DNA of 64,000 bases, taken from an uncultured bacterium. GTDB taxonomy: Bacteria > Patescibacteriota > Minisyncoccia > Phycocordibacterales > CAIRYW01. The stretch spans positions 293,048-357,047 of the forward strand of contig CAVYBO010000002.1 in assembly GCA_963766885.1 (NCBI GenBank), in the 5' to 3' direction. How positions within the stretch are numbered: position 1 is the stretch's first letter; each line of letters opens with the position of its first letter. Below the pieces are notes generated by a model, which was given only the letters and a program-made list of their open reading frames with translations, was not told the DNA's origin and did no database searches. The position numbers and the translations under genes are program-made. Below are positions 49,667 to 59,201 of the stretch, piece after piece.

Positions 49667-50806
49667 TTATTGCTCTAGAGTCTTTCTCCCTTCCTCAAGT
49701 TCACTACCAGAAAAAACCGTGCTCTTTTTATCCCAATCATTTGTGATTAAATCTGCCTTACGTTTTAACAATTCTATCAATTTGTCGGTATCAATATCTC
49801 CTTCAAAAAGAAAAGCGTAATTTGGATCTTGTTTCAGAATTTTTACCATTTTTTCTTTAGTTGTCCATGGATCATTATCATGTAGAACAACTTTTACATG
49901 ACTAAGGGAATCTTCAAATAAAACAGTATTCTTACTTCCTACTTCTGAGCCGATTGAAACAACCATGCTTTCAGGTGCATCTAATTTTCCAACTGATGTA
50001 ATCTTAACCTGAACCCTAGTATCTTTATGATCTTCTCGTTGGTGATGACGACCAAGGATATATGAATCCTCGTATTGAATCTCGGCTTCACTCACTTTAT
50101 CTTGACGCATTCTTAAATATCTAAGCCACCTTACTGGTGTTTTTGCAGAATCCCACTCAAAAATACCTTCATCCATCCGATTGAATTCTGAATTAACTAG
50201 TTTTTTACTTCCAACTGGATCAAGTTCATAAACCATTTCAGCTGAACCGTACGGAGAATCAGTTTGATTTTCTGAGGCTGTGTTTATAGTCGCAAACGAT
50301 TTATTCATTAAAGAATCTCTAACAAACATAAATTGAATATTCCCGAGGCCTTCACTAGGCGCAGGTTCAGATACACTGATCTCGCGAATCTTATCATCAG
50401 TTTGGGATCGCTTAGGAACCGTAGACAATTTAATGAGCCGCATATTAGTGCCCTTTGCATAATACGGATCAAATCGATCTTCAAAGGAAACTGCCCAATA
50501 TTTTCCTGGATATTCAGCAATAATTGGATAAAATTTCTGCGGCAATTCTATCGCAAACGGATTATCTGAAAACTCATTATTCACATCAGAATATCTAAAA
50601 CCTCCTTCATGTCCCAAATTATTATCCTGAGCAAATTCAAAAAGTTCTCTAGTAAGCCCGAAGAGATTCATCACCTCTTGCCTATTAACAGTAGCAAGAG
50701 TTTCTGGTTGTTCAGAAAGAGTATCTGGCGCCTCTTCAACATTATCGGGCTGATCACCTTGTTTAACTTTAAAAGCTTTTAGACTTCTTTCGAAAGGATT
50801 GTCCAT
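49667..50806 (-). CDS. hypothetical protein
   Basis: 379 aa ORF with no recognised motif. Confidence 0.65.
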   Translation of the reverse strand: MDNPFERSLKAFKVKQGDQPDNVEEAPDTLSEQPETLATVNRQEVMNLFGLTRELFEFAQDNNLGHEGGFRYSDVNNEFSDNPFAIELPQKFYPIIAEYPGKYWAVSFEDRFDPYYAKGTNMRLIKLSTVPKRSQTDDKIREISVSEPAPSEGLGNIQFMFVRDSLMNKSFATINTASENQTDSPYGSAEMVYELDPVGSKKLVNSEFNRMDEGIFEWDSAKTPVRWLRYLRMRQDKVSEAEIQYEDSYILGRHHQREDHKDTRVQVKITSVGKLDAPESMVVSIGSEVGSKNTVLFEDSLSHVKVVLHDNDPWTTKEKMVKILKQDPNYAFLFEGDIDTDKLIELLKRKADLITNDWDKKSTVFSGSELEEGRKTLEQ

Positions 50807-50993
50807 GTAAAAAATATAACATATTTCTCACTATTAGACCGAGTTCGGCTAGTGTGAATCCTTGTCCCTGACCAGTCATGGACTCCCACCAAATTAGACT
50901 TGTAAGCAGTTTTTATAAATACACCTATTTTATAGCCCATTTTATATGGAGTGTTTGGAATTTTCAAATACAATGCGCTACAATTAAATTGCT

Positions 50994-51443
50994 ATGAAAG
51001 TAGGAGATGACACTAGAGAAAGGTATAAAAAAGCTATTAATGAGTCCTTCGTTAAGGACCCTTTTATGCCCTTGAGAGATTTACAAAAATATCTTGAAAA
51101 GAAAGGGGTCTATATTTCGAATTTGAATTACCTCAGTGAACTACGTAAAGAAGTCACAAAAGATAATGCTAAAAACGTTAAGGAAGAAACTCGATATAAA
51201 AAATACTCAGAATATTCAGAAAGCTGTCGTATCCTTAGAACTGAGTTATTTAAAATTGCTATTCCTGGATGTCTTGGTGGAAATGATCCTGAAACGACCC
51301 CCAAAGAAAAAATTGCTGCTATAAATGAACTCATGAAACTTGACAAGAACTTAGTTGAAGTTGGATTTATTCTCGGAATATTTGAAGAACATGAGCCCCC
51401 AGTAAATCTAAGAACTGGTAAAGTAAACTATAAACCTCATTGA
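50994..51443 (+). CDS. hypothetical protein, possibly HTH/terminase-small-subunit-like
   Basis: 149 aa helical; KEKIAAINELMKL segment recalls phage TerS-like proteins (weak). Confidence 0.5.
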   Translation: MKVGDDTRERYKKAINESFVKDPFMPLRDLQKYLEKKGVYISNLNYLSELRKEVTKDNAKNVKEETRYKKYSEYSESCRILRTELFKIAIPGCLGGNDPETTPKEKIAAINELMKLDKNLVEVGFILGIFEEHEPPVNLRTGKVNYKPH

Positions 51444-51453
51444 TTAATTTTCC

Positions 51454-52278
51454 CTAAACAAATTTTTGATTGTTTAATATTAAGTTATAAATCTCTGAAA
51501 GAAAATGTGCAAAAGATAATTCATCCATTATATAAGAAGATGGATGAGCGCAACTATTTCTTATATCAAAAAGATGTAAGATTGCTTGAAGTTGATTTAA
51601 ATCTAGAGAAATCATACCGGAAATTATAATAGTTAGGTCTTTTTCAAAAACCTCTTGTAATTCATTTTCAATTTTAATATTAAATTCTTTATTAAATTTT
51701 TTATAAAATCCAGACTGACTTGCTTTTAGTTTTTTTGATGTTGAGTTGAAACTAGCAAAACCTTTTTTTATTACAAAATCACGAAGTCTATCGACAACGG
51801 CACATCCTGCCATAACAGTCGCTGCTTTATAACATTGATTTTTTGCAGCCCTAAAAGCTTCTTCGTAGTATTGTCTTTCATCATTCGAAGTAATCTTTAC
51901 AAGAATTTTTTGAGATATACCTTCCCAAACCATCGGCGAGGAGCGCCCAGTTCTAATCATCGGGATCAAAATATCTCTCTGTATATTTTTTCTTAAGGGA
52001 CTCAAAAGCGCAATGTATGAACTTTTTCTGTTATTAGCAGTTGACATTTGGATCATCTTTTCCATTACTGAATCTACTTTGTTTATCTCTTCGTCAGAAA
52101 TAACAGACTCTTTTCTTATTTTGGTCGAAAACTCCTCAAACCAACGGCTTGAAAGATTAGATATTTTATCTTTAAGATTTTTTTGAGAGATAAAAGCAGA
52201 TTTGTTTGCTCTTATCTTGTTTACTACATCATCGACATACGTTAGATAGGTCTCAAGTTCCTCTATTATTTCTTTCAT
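51454..52278 (-). CDS. HEPN-like protein
   Basis: YYEEA...CYKAATVMAG and a C-terminal R-X4-H motif (IRNSCAHP). Confidence 0.65.
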   Translation of the reverse strand: MKEIIEELETYLTYVDDVVNKIRANKSAFISQKNLKDKISNLSSRWFEEFSTKIRKESVISDEEINKVDSVMEKMIQMSTANNRKSSYIALLSPLRKNIQRDILIPMIRTGRSSPMVWEGISQKILVKITSNDERQYYEEAFRAAKNQCYKAATVMAGCAVVDRLRDFVIKKGFASFNSTSKKLKASQSGFYKKFNKEFNIKIENELQEVFEKDLTIIISGMISLDLNQLQAILHLFDIRNSCAHPSSYIMDELSFAHFLSEIYNLILNNQKFV

Positions 52279-52286
52279 TTAATTTC

Positions 52287-52889
52287 CTAAGAGGCAAGCT
52301 CTTTTACCAAATCTGCAGCTAACTTTTTACCAATTGGAGAAAGTTTGTTTGTTGTTCCAGGTTTAAATCCAGCAAAAATTTCTTTCATTGCTTTAAGATT
52401 TGTTGTAAAATTTGCAGCGTCATATGTACCATAAGTCACACACATTTCTCTAAGCTCCTCAGTTGGGACATCAAAAGAGCCCTCCATAAATTGATGTCTT
52501 ATTCCTATAAGCAATGCAAGATTTTTTTGTCTTCGGCTAGTTTTATTAGATTTAAGATCAGTGACTTCAATACTTATATTCCCTAATTCATCTATACTAA
52601 AAACTTTACGGATTAAATCATCACTAATACCGTTTGGGGTTGTAAAGACTTTTATTCTTTTGTTTACTTCATTAGGAATATCTGATACACCCGCAACAAT
52701 AGTATCAGTTATTGAAACCGGAGGTTTATGAGATTCTCCTTTTAGCAAAGAATTTAAGAGAATTTCGAAGCATTTTTCCTGAAGGTTTTGGGGGCACAAT
52801 TTAACTAGTTCAAGAATTTCCTTTAACTCTTTTTTAAAATCATCTTTTTGCATGGCTAAAATAATAACACAAATTTCTTTATAGGCCAA
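52287..52889 (-). CDS. hypothetical protein, partner of the HEPN gene
   Basis: 200 aa, 8 bp from the next gene; C-terminal wHTH-like end (KLSPIGKK). Confidence 0.6.
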   Translation of the reverse strand: MAYKEICVIILAMQKDDFKKELKEILELVKLCPQNLQEKCFEILLNSLLKGESHKPPVSITDTIVAGVSDIPNEVNKRIKVFTTPNGISDDLIRKVFSIDELGNISIEVTDLKSNKTSRRQKNLALLIGIRHQFMEGSFDVPTEELREMCVTYGTYDAANFTTNLKAMKEIFAGFKPGTTNKLSPIGKKLAADLVKELAS

Positions 52890-52958
52890 GCTTATTTTGA
52901 ACTACTCTTAGATCTTCTAACATAATTCTAAACAGCCGTATCTCTTGATAAATAATTA

Positions 52959-54350
52959 TTAATATCTTGTATCTACATAATATCCATTCCTACCATTGCA
53001 AGGATAGCCATCTTTAGTTTTATGGGGACTTAATGTCACATTACCATATGTGCTTCTAGTAAAGCGTCTACCACAATAACTACATTCATAAATATATTTC
53101 GGACCAGAAAAACTTCTCGCTATAACAGATCTATGTCTTGCCGCACGAAATGGTTTGTTTATATCAAAAAAATAAGGATTTTCTGGTCTTTCTCCGGATT
53201 TGGATAACTCTATTTGATATCGAGGAATAAATTTTTCTTCTGTGTTTACTATCCCTTCAACTTTATCTGCAACAAAACATCTTACACCGACTCCGCTACC
53301 ACCACTAAGATTATAGGCGTAAAAATACTCCCGTTGAGATCCGTCCTTGCGTTGCATATATTTTAGCGAGTATGGTTCAATCATTCTATCTGAATCTGTG
53401 TAACGGATTTTCAAAAGAGTTTGTTCTCTTGCACCTTTCATTATTACTGCACGCGCCTCAGGACTGAAATATACAAACTGAGCATACCCGTTGTCGGTAT
53501 AAATACCAAAAAGAGATTCAACGTCAGATACAAAAGATGTGATAGCATCTTCTACATCAATAAAAAGTTGTTTTGCACAGACTATACCTTTTACCCAATA
53601 GGTTCTGAAATAATCAAAAGCTGTCATCTTCAGTACATCTTTTAACGCGTAAGGATTTCTTTCAAAAATGGTCTTTTTTACAAAGGTTTGTACCACCTCC
53701 TCTTTATTCAAGTTTCCTCCTAACAACCGGATTGAGTGGACATAGTCAAACAAATCTGGAGCATGCTGTCTTTGCATTAAACATTTTAGTTTTGTTGCAA
53801 TTATCTCCTCAAGTTTCATACACCTGATCTTACATACGACCTCAGCAGCATCAGAATAAGGATGAATAAGATAAACATCTTGTATATCGAGAAGAACTTT
53901 ATCGAATCTAGTGATATCCATCGATATCTTTATTTTCATATGATCTGATCCTCCATTAAAATCCTTAAAATAGATTCGTGCTTCATATACTTTCAAGCCA
54001 GGTATTGGGGCTTCGGCTGCTGCAAACTTTTCTTCAATTTTATTATCTTCTTTAACAAAAGTTATACCTGCTTTTTCCTGAATAAAATCACAAACCTTAT
54101 TGATTTCACCCAATAGTAAATTTTGATCAATATCACCCATGATTCCAAAATCTAAGTCTGAAGAAAATCGAGTATTTTCAAAATACCCTTTACGAAGAGC
54201 ATTTCCTCCTTTTAGAAAGATCTCATTTTTTAGATCACTTATTGTGAAAAGGCCAAAAAGAAACCAGCCAAATAGATAATCCCTTTCGACGTTGGTCGGG
54301 TGAATCTCAAATTCTTTTGATTTCGCTTCAATTTCGTCTCTTAGAATCAT
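52959..54350 (-). CDS. AbiEii-family nucleotidyltransferase fused to a WYL domain and a Zn finger
   Basis: ERDY, LKGGNALRK.YF...RFSSDLDF and DLFD; WYL-like RMIEPYSL...YFYAY...VRCF..DK; CSYC..H..C. Start placed at ATG 54350, 7 nt after TATAAT. Confidence 0.85.
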   Translation of the reverse strand: MILRDEIEAKSKEFEIHPTNVERDYLFGWFLFGLFTISDLKNEIFLKGGNALRKGYFENTRFSSDLDFGIMGDIDQNLLLGEINKVCDFIQEKAGITFVKEDNKIEEKFAAAEAPIPGLKVYEARIYFKDFNGGSDHMKIKISMDITRFDKVLLDIQDVYLIHPYSDAAEVVCKIRCMKLEEIIATKLKCLMQRQHAPDLFDYVHSIRLLGGNLNKEEVVQTFVKKTIFERNPYALKDVLKMTAFDYFRTYWVKGIVCAKQLFIDVEDAITSFVSDVESLFGIYTDNGYAQFVYFSPEARAVIMKGAREQTLLKIRYTDSDRMIEPYSLKYMQRKDGSQREYFYAYNLSGGSGVGVRCFVADKVEGIVNTEEKFIPRYQIELSKSGERPENPYFFDINKPFRAARHRSVIARSFSGPKYIYECSYCGRRFTRSTYGNVTLSPHKTKDGYPCNGRNGYYVDTRY

Positions 54351-54396
54351 AACCGCCATTATACCCCTCTAGGTCATTTGGTACGATTTTTAAACG

Positions 54397-54423
54397 GCTG
54401 GACGTCTGGAACGATGTTGGAAC
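54397..54423 (+). repeat. att-like site (probable left junction of the recombinase element)
   Basis: GCTGGACGTCTGGAACGATGTTGGAAC; shares the CTG core and a terminal TTxGAAC with the tRNA junction at 61459. Confidence 0.75.
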
Positions 54424-54430
54424 TGTATTG

Positions 54431-55121
54431 CTAAGATAGCCAAGTGATACCATCTTTGTCTATTCGTGCCGAATTAATCGGTAATCCTATGTCTGGCGTG
54501 CCAGCGTCAATTTCAAGTTGTACAAGAAATCTCGCTCCTTTTTCTGTCGAAATGATACTCCCGGTACCATGTTTTTTTAGATATTCTTGAATTACTTTAG
54601 CGTGGCCAAGATAAAAAATATGTCTACCTGCAAGTCGCTCTGTGTCAATAATTAGTTCTCCTTTTTCATTTAACTTTGCAGCGAAACGAATAGCGATAGT
54701 AGAAGGCCCATCCATTCTCCCAATGAGCAAGAATGACACATGTTCCTTTCTTATCACCTTCAGTTTCATTTTTAAAAACATCTGGTTCATTAGTTTTAAT
54801 TTTAAGTAAGAATTTCTTAAGCGCTTCCGAAATATTTGTTTCTAATTTATTAATTGTACTAGGAACTGTCTGACCATCCTGTATGGAAGCTTCAACTATT
54901 TTAGCTACATCAAAATCCCCACCGTGATGTTTTACCAAACCACTTACCCCGAAGAGATTGTCTTTATATTCAAAAAGTTTTTTTACTTCACTTTGACTTT
55001 TTTGTTTTCCTCCACCAACAAAAGTACCCATTCCGTCAGCTGCAATTACAACCATTTGAGAATTTTGAATTGCAACAATAGTTGTTCCATAACGTATTGT
55101 TTTTTTGATTTTTTTTATCAT
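54431..55121 (-). pseudogene. proteasome-beta/Ntn-hydrolase-like protease split by one frameshift
   Basis: ORF 54666-55121 has GTTIVAI..VVIAADG..KK; overlapping ORF 54431-54790 has ARFLV.LEI...IGLPI....IDKDG..W. Confidence 0.65.
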
Positions 55122-55163
55122 TATAAATTGGAAACAATAAAATAGATACTCCTTTTAATTGGC

Positions 55164-55838
55164 TCAATTTTCTTCAATATTTTGTAGTAGTTTACTCATA
55201 AGAGTAAAAACCCTATCGAAATTCTTCTTCGAATCTAATTTAGTTTTTTGTCCTATCGGTACTAAAGATTTAATAACCCTTTTCATTTCATTTCGAAATT
55301 TTGAGTTTGTTTTATTCCCCGAATGCTGAATTATATTTCTTATAGAATTTAAAACATTAAAATAATGCCCCTGTTTATCATCTTTAAAGACTTTAATATT
55401 AAATTTTTCTAATAAAAATTTTTTCCACTCTTTGATTTCGTAGGATTTATTAATAGCAAATGCATCAATAAAATATTCTTTTACTTCCTCAACATTAGAA
55501 AAATCTTTTACGTCATCATATGTTGCCACTTTATCAGAAGAGTAGGACTCAGGATATTTAACAAAAAGCTCTTTCAAAAACTCAAACATAAAACATTCAA
55601 AATTAGAGAAAAAGGCAACAAAACCCAATTCGTAGAGTTTATCAATCTGTTTTGGATCTACTTCAAGTAAATCCTTAAATTTTTCATAATCAGGTCGCGT
55701 CTTTGCTTTTGTATAGTTCAAAAATTCTTGAGTGGCAATCGTTTGAGCTTCTAGTGCACGTATAAGTTTATAGGTAGCCTGAAGTTCACCCTTTAGATTT
55801 ATTACTGAATCAAATTTATTTAAGTTTTTTATAGTCAC
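55164..55838 (-). CDS. HEPN-family (RiboL-PSP/MAE_28990-like) putative RNase
   Basis: FVAFFSNFECFM helix and R-X4-H motif (IRNIIQHSG). Confidence 0.7.
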   Translation of the reverse strand: MTIKNLNKFDSVINLKGELQATYKLIRALEAQTIATQEFLNYTKAKTRPDYEKFKDLLEVDPKQIDKLYELGFVAFFSNFECFMFEFLKELFVKYPESYSSDKVATYDDVKDFSNVEEVKEYFIDAFAINKSYEIKEWKKFLLEKFNIKVFKDDKQGHYFNVLNSIRNIIQHSGNKTNSKFRNEMKRVIKSLVPIGQKTKLDSKKNFDRVFTLMSKLLQNIEEN

Positions 55839-55922
55839 TTAAATGAAGATAGGTCTAATAGTTTGGGATTTTTCATAAAAGATGCTTATAATTTGTTTTT
55901 CATTCATATAACGACTTTTTAA

Positions 55923-57005
55923 CTATTCGTTCTCCTTTTTATCCTCTTTTTTGTAACCCTCTGATAGGAAACCACTACTTAATCCGTAAAATTTATTCTG
56001 CTGTAATTTAAATATTTTCTTATTTCTTAAATCAATTTGTTTTTTTGAATTGTATAAAGCCTTTTGTTCTTCCAAATGTTTTATGGTTTCCTCATCATCA
56101 TCAGCTTTTGGCTCGCGAGGTTTCTCAATGGTAGGGGTTATAACTTCTGCGCTTACACCATTTTCAAAATGTTTCAGCAATAACTTAAAAAGTATTCTTA
56201 TGTTACTTTTGTTTTCGTGGTTTTCAATTTTTAATTGTTTTGTAAGTTCTTCAATTATAGCTTCACTTTTTTCTTCCTTGTCAGCGTCATTAATATCATC
56301 CATAGCCTTCTTTCTGTCATCTCTGAGATGTTCGTAAGCCTTTTTTGCCGCCTCCGTCATTTGAATTGTTTCGTATATTTTAAGAGCGTGTTCAAGCGCA
56401 ATACCAAAATAATGTGCAAGTTGTTCACCTGTTTGTATAAATATTTGTATTGTTCCGTTACTTACATAACTAATTATGAATTCTTTATCCTGATTAGTCG
56501 CTGTTGCAATTTCAACCAAAAATAATTTTAAGTCATGTAGAACTTCTTCAAAATTTGTTAATTTTTGGTATTCAAGTGGAAAAGAAAATCCGATCTCATA
56601 TTCTTTTTCAGTTAGTTCTCTTGCTTCAATATCTAGAGCATTGAGAGAATTTTTAATTGTATTTAGTTTGTCTATAGCCTCTTGACGTTGTGTTGTAAAA
56701 TCTGTAAGTTTTTTTAAAACCTCATGTCCTTGGCTACTTAAGATATTGTTTAACTCTATCCATGTTCGATCTCCAAAAAAAGTTTCTATCTTCAAATCTT
56801 CAAGAATTTCAAAATCTGTTAAAGCATAGTTAGATAGGCGTGTTTTATTAAGTTCTTTTTCAAGAGAACTTAATTCAGTATTTAATACATCTGGTGTATT
56901 TTGAGTATAAAGGGCAAGTATATTTTGGAATTTAGCCTGAAGTCCAAAGTTTTTTTCGTCTTGTTGAATATCCTCTATAACTTTTAGTAGTTTACCTGTA
57001 TCCAT
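55923..57005 (-). CDS. hypothetical protein (element cargo)
   Basis: 360 aa helical, with a central ISYVSNGTIQIFI strand pair. Confidence 0.65.
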   Translation of the reverse strand: MDTGKLLKVIEDIQQDEKNFGLQAKFQNILALYTQNTPDVLNTELSSLEKELNKTRLSNYALTDFEILEDLKIETFFGDRTWIELNNILSSQGHEVLKKLTDFTTQRQEAIDKLNTIKNSLNALDIEARELTEKEYEIGFSFPLEYQKLTNFEEVLHDLKLFLVEIATATNQDKEFIISYVSNGTIQIFIQTGEQLAHYFGIALEHALKIYETIQMTEAAKKAYEHLRDDRKKAMDDINDADKEEKSEAIIEELTKQLKIENHENKSNIRILFKLLLKHFENGVSAEVITPTIEKPREPKADDDEETIKHLEEQKALYNSKKQIDLRNKKIFKLQQNKFYGLSSGFLSEGYKKEDKKENE

Positions 57006-57048
57006 ATTTTAGTTTATAACATATTTTTTCATTTTTATCAAAAATGTT

Positions 57049-57834
57049 CTAGTTTAACCTATTAACAATTTGATTAAGAAAATCTCTAGTCTGCGAATCC
57101 ACAGCACCATAATCAGTATTTATCGGCGTCCTTGTAATGACATTCTCGTAAACATCAGCAAAATCTTCTGAGGGAGAAGAAGCATAACTTTCAGTAGGAT
57201 CATTTCCATCATCGTCTTCTAAGGGCATATTTGCAGGTATACCTCTAAGTGCATAATATTCTTTCCATTCTTGAGCTGTTAAAGTACCTGCAACAGCATG
57301 GCCGAGTTCGTGTGTAAGATCTCCTGCAAAATTATTGTTTAACACAATTTTGTTTATGTATATCAATGACTGACCGCTTCTATATCTGCTATATGAAGCC
57401 CCTTCTGAAAGCCACATCGTATTTAGAGGTGGTAGCTTAGCGGATAAGCCGTTGCTTGGCTCGATGATGTATTGATTATCTGAGTATGCCAAACTATTGA
57501 CAATAATTATCGGAATATTTTTTAACATACTCTCAGGAAATTTTGCATTGTAAACAATTTGAGTAATCTGATTTTTTAAATCGTCAGTTAAGTCATTTGT
57601 ATTCGGGTAATCTATTTGTCCTAGATAAAAAGTGTAGCCGAGATTATTTACCTGTTCTAAAGGAATTTGATTAGATGATGAGGGGTTTGATTGTTTTTCA
57701 GAAAGATTGTTTACAAAAGCGTGTAGTTCATAGCAAAAAGTTTGCGTTGGACAGTCTGTAATTCTCCATTGAAAGAAGATATATGTTCCGATTAACAGAA
57801 TAAAAATTATTATGAATGAATATGTATTTTTCAT
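57049..57834 (-). CDS. membrane-anchored zinc metallopeptidase-like protein
   Basis: TM anchor; THELGH; YASSPSEDFAD. Confidence 0.75.
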   Translation of the reverse strand: MKNTYSFIIIFILLIGTYIFFQWRITDCPTQTFCYELHAFVNNLSEKQSNPSSSNQIPLEQVNNLGYTFYLGQIDYPNTNDLTDDLKNQITQIVYNAKFPESMLKNIPIIIVNSLAYSDNQYIIEPSNGLSAKLPPLNTMWLSEGASYSRYRSGQSLIYINKIVLNNNFAGDLTHELGHAVAGTLTAQEWKEYYALRGIPANMPLEDDDGNDPTESYASSPSEDFADVYENVITRTPINTDYGAVDSQTRDFLNQIVNRLN

Positions 57835-57845
57835 TTTTTAAACGC

Positions 57846-57948
57846 AAAAAGCCCACCACATAGGTGATTGCTTTCGCAACCCATATCGGTTTCCCAATAT
57901 GACCAGTAACGGTGACCCCATATGATGGGTTCTTTATTCGTTACTGGT
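57846..57948 (-). ncRNA. cloverleaf RNA resembling C4/CI-type antisense or attenuator RNAs
   Basis: 13-bp closing stem (57852-57864 with 57917-57929), three internal hairpins (two with GAAA loops), U-tract, and an upstream 10-nt segment complementary to hairpin 1. Confidence 0.6.
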
Positions 57949-58035
57949 TTTTTGCCATGCCATTAAAAATTAATGGTTTAGGCCCTATTTAGTTGTAAAG
58001 AAATTATAACCCAAACTTTTAAAAATTACTCCTTC

Positions 58036-58908
58036 GTGTATTCTTATAGCACTCAAATGACAGACTTAGCCGAAAGCCTTAATACGCGCCTTAACTTAGC
58101 CGTCCAGAGCACATCGGACAGAGACTTTTACCAGTGTCTCTATCACTATTTTGATTTCATAGAAAAAACGCCAGAACTGAAAAAGATTTTTGAAGATAGT
58201 GAGAAAGACTATTCAGAAAAACACGGTAAGCGATGGGAAAAGCGTCCAATGACAGATGATGAAGCTGAAGAGGCAGAATCTCAAACCATTAAGTTAGAGC
58301 GTTTTAACTTGTATGCTGTGGGATGCACAATTTATGTAAGAATATATTTGCCGATTGACGATTACAAAAATACTGATGCGCCAGATAATAAACAAGACCC
58401 CGTTGCCCTTCTTCTTGTTCGCGGAATGGATTACACCGTCAAGCTAAAAAAATGGAGCGAAAAAACTTTGAAAATATATAACAAATGGTTTGATGGTAAG
58501 CGTAATCTTTACGAATCAGAACTGAAACGTTTTCATGTCATGCTTTTAGATGAGTTAGCAAAGCCAAAACCAAGGACAACAAGTAAACCAGAAATTATTT
58601 TTGATAAAGAAAACAGTATCTTAAAAATAGATGACAAAGAAGTCCATATAAAACTAAAAAATGATTTACCCAATTCGCATTATGTTTTAGAGTATGTTTT
58701 TACTAACGAAGACGGTCTAAAAGAAAAATCTTTTTATAGCGATATCCTAGAGTCAAAATTTCCTGCTGAAAAAATGGACTGGCGATCTATTTATCGTGCT
58801 TGTAACGACATAAACAAAAAAGTTAGCGAACAAGCCAACATAAATAAATTTTTTATAGTAAAAACTGGTAAAACAGGCTATGCGCAAATAAATTCTGACT
58901 ATTTGTAA
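58036..58908 (+). CDS. hypothetical protein with a C-terminal winged-helix-like domain
   Basis: C-terminal YVLEYVF...YSDI...RSIYRACNDINKKV...YAQIN, an OmpR-like wHTH pattern. Confidence 0.6.
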   Translation: MYSYSTQMTDLAESLNTRLNLAVQSTSDRDFYQCLYHYFDFIEKTPELKKIFEDSEKDYSEKHGKRWEKRPMTDDEAEEAESQTIKLERFNLYAVGCTIYVRIYLPIDDYKNTDAPDNKQDPVALLLVRGMDYTVKLKKWSEKTLKIYNKWFDGKRNLYESELKRFHVMLLDELAKPKPRTTSKPEIIFDKENSILKIDDKEVHIKLKNDLPNSHYVLEYVFTNEDGLKEKSFYSDILESKFPAEKMDWRSIYRACNDINKKVSEQANINKFFIVKTGKTGYAQINSDYL

Positions 58909-58971
58909 ATCGTACCCGTAAGATACCGTAATAGTGTTTAGAGACAATCTCCTCAACCCCGAGGGGATTTT

Positions 58972-59172
58972 ATGTTTTTACAATTCAGCCAAATATTAAT
59001 AATACGCATCCAGAAATACTTTAAGCAGAAGCATAGTATCGATATTTCTGATGAAGTTGCCAATGAATACTTGCACTCTCTAGCAGGAATGTTTGCTGTG
59101 CTTGCAGAGATGGAAGGGGGCAAGTCCCCGCCCGATCCTCTTGAGAGGACGGGCGGGGCTGACCCCGTTTGA
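58972..59172 (+). CDS. small hypothetical protein upstream of rep
   Basis: 66 aa; GAGGGG upstream, sequestered in hairpin 58946-58969. Confidence 0.5.
   Translation: MFLQFSQILIIRIQKYFKQKHSIDISDEVANEYLHSLAGMFAVLAEMEGGKSPPDPLERTGGADPV
59117..59166. other. GC-rich inverted repeat, candidate rolling-circle double-strand origin
   Basis: CCCCGCCCG-A-TCCTCT-TG-AGAGGA-CGGGCGGGG, about 35 bp before rep. Confidence 0.55.
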
Positions 59173-59201
59173 TGACTTGCTAATTACCCAACTCAATACA
59201 A

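Noticed and set aside
23302-54423. CRISPR array or classical integron attC sites
   Set aside because: The repeats are kilobases apart and not palindromic like attC, and there is no cas gene or tyrosine integron integrase in the window.
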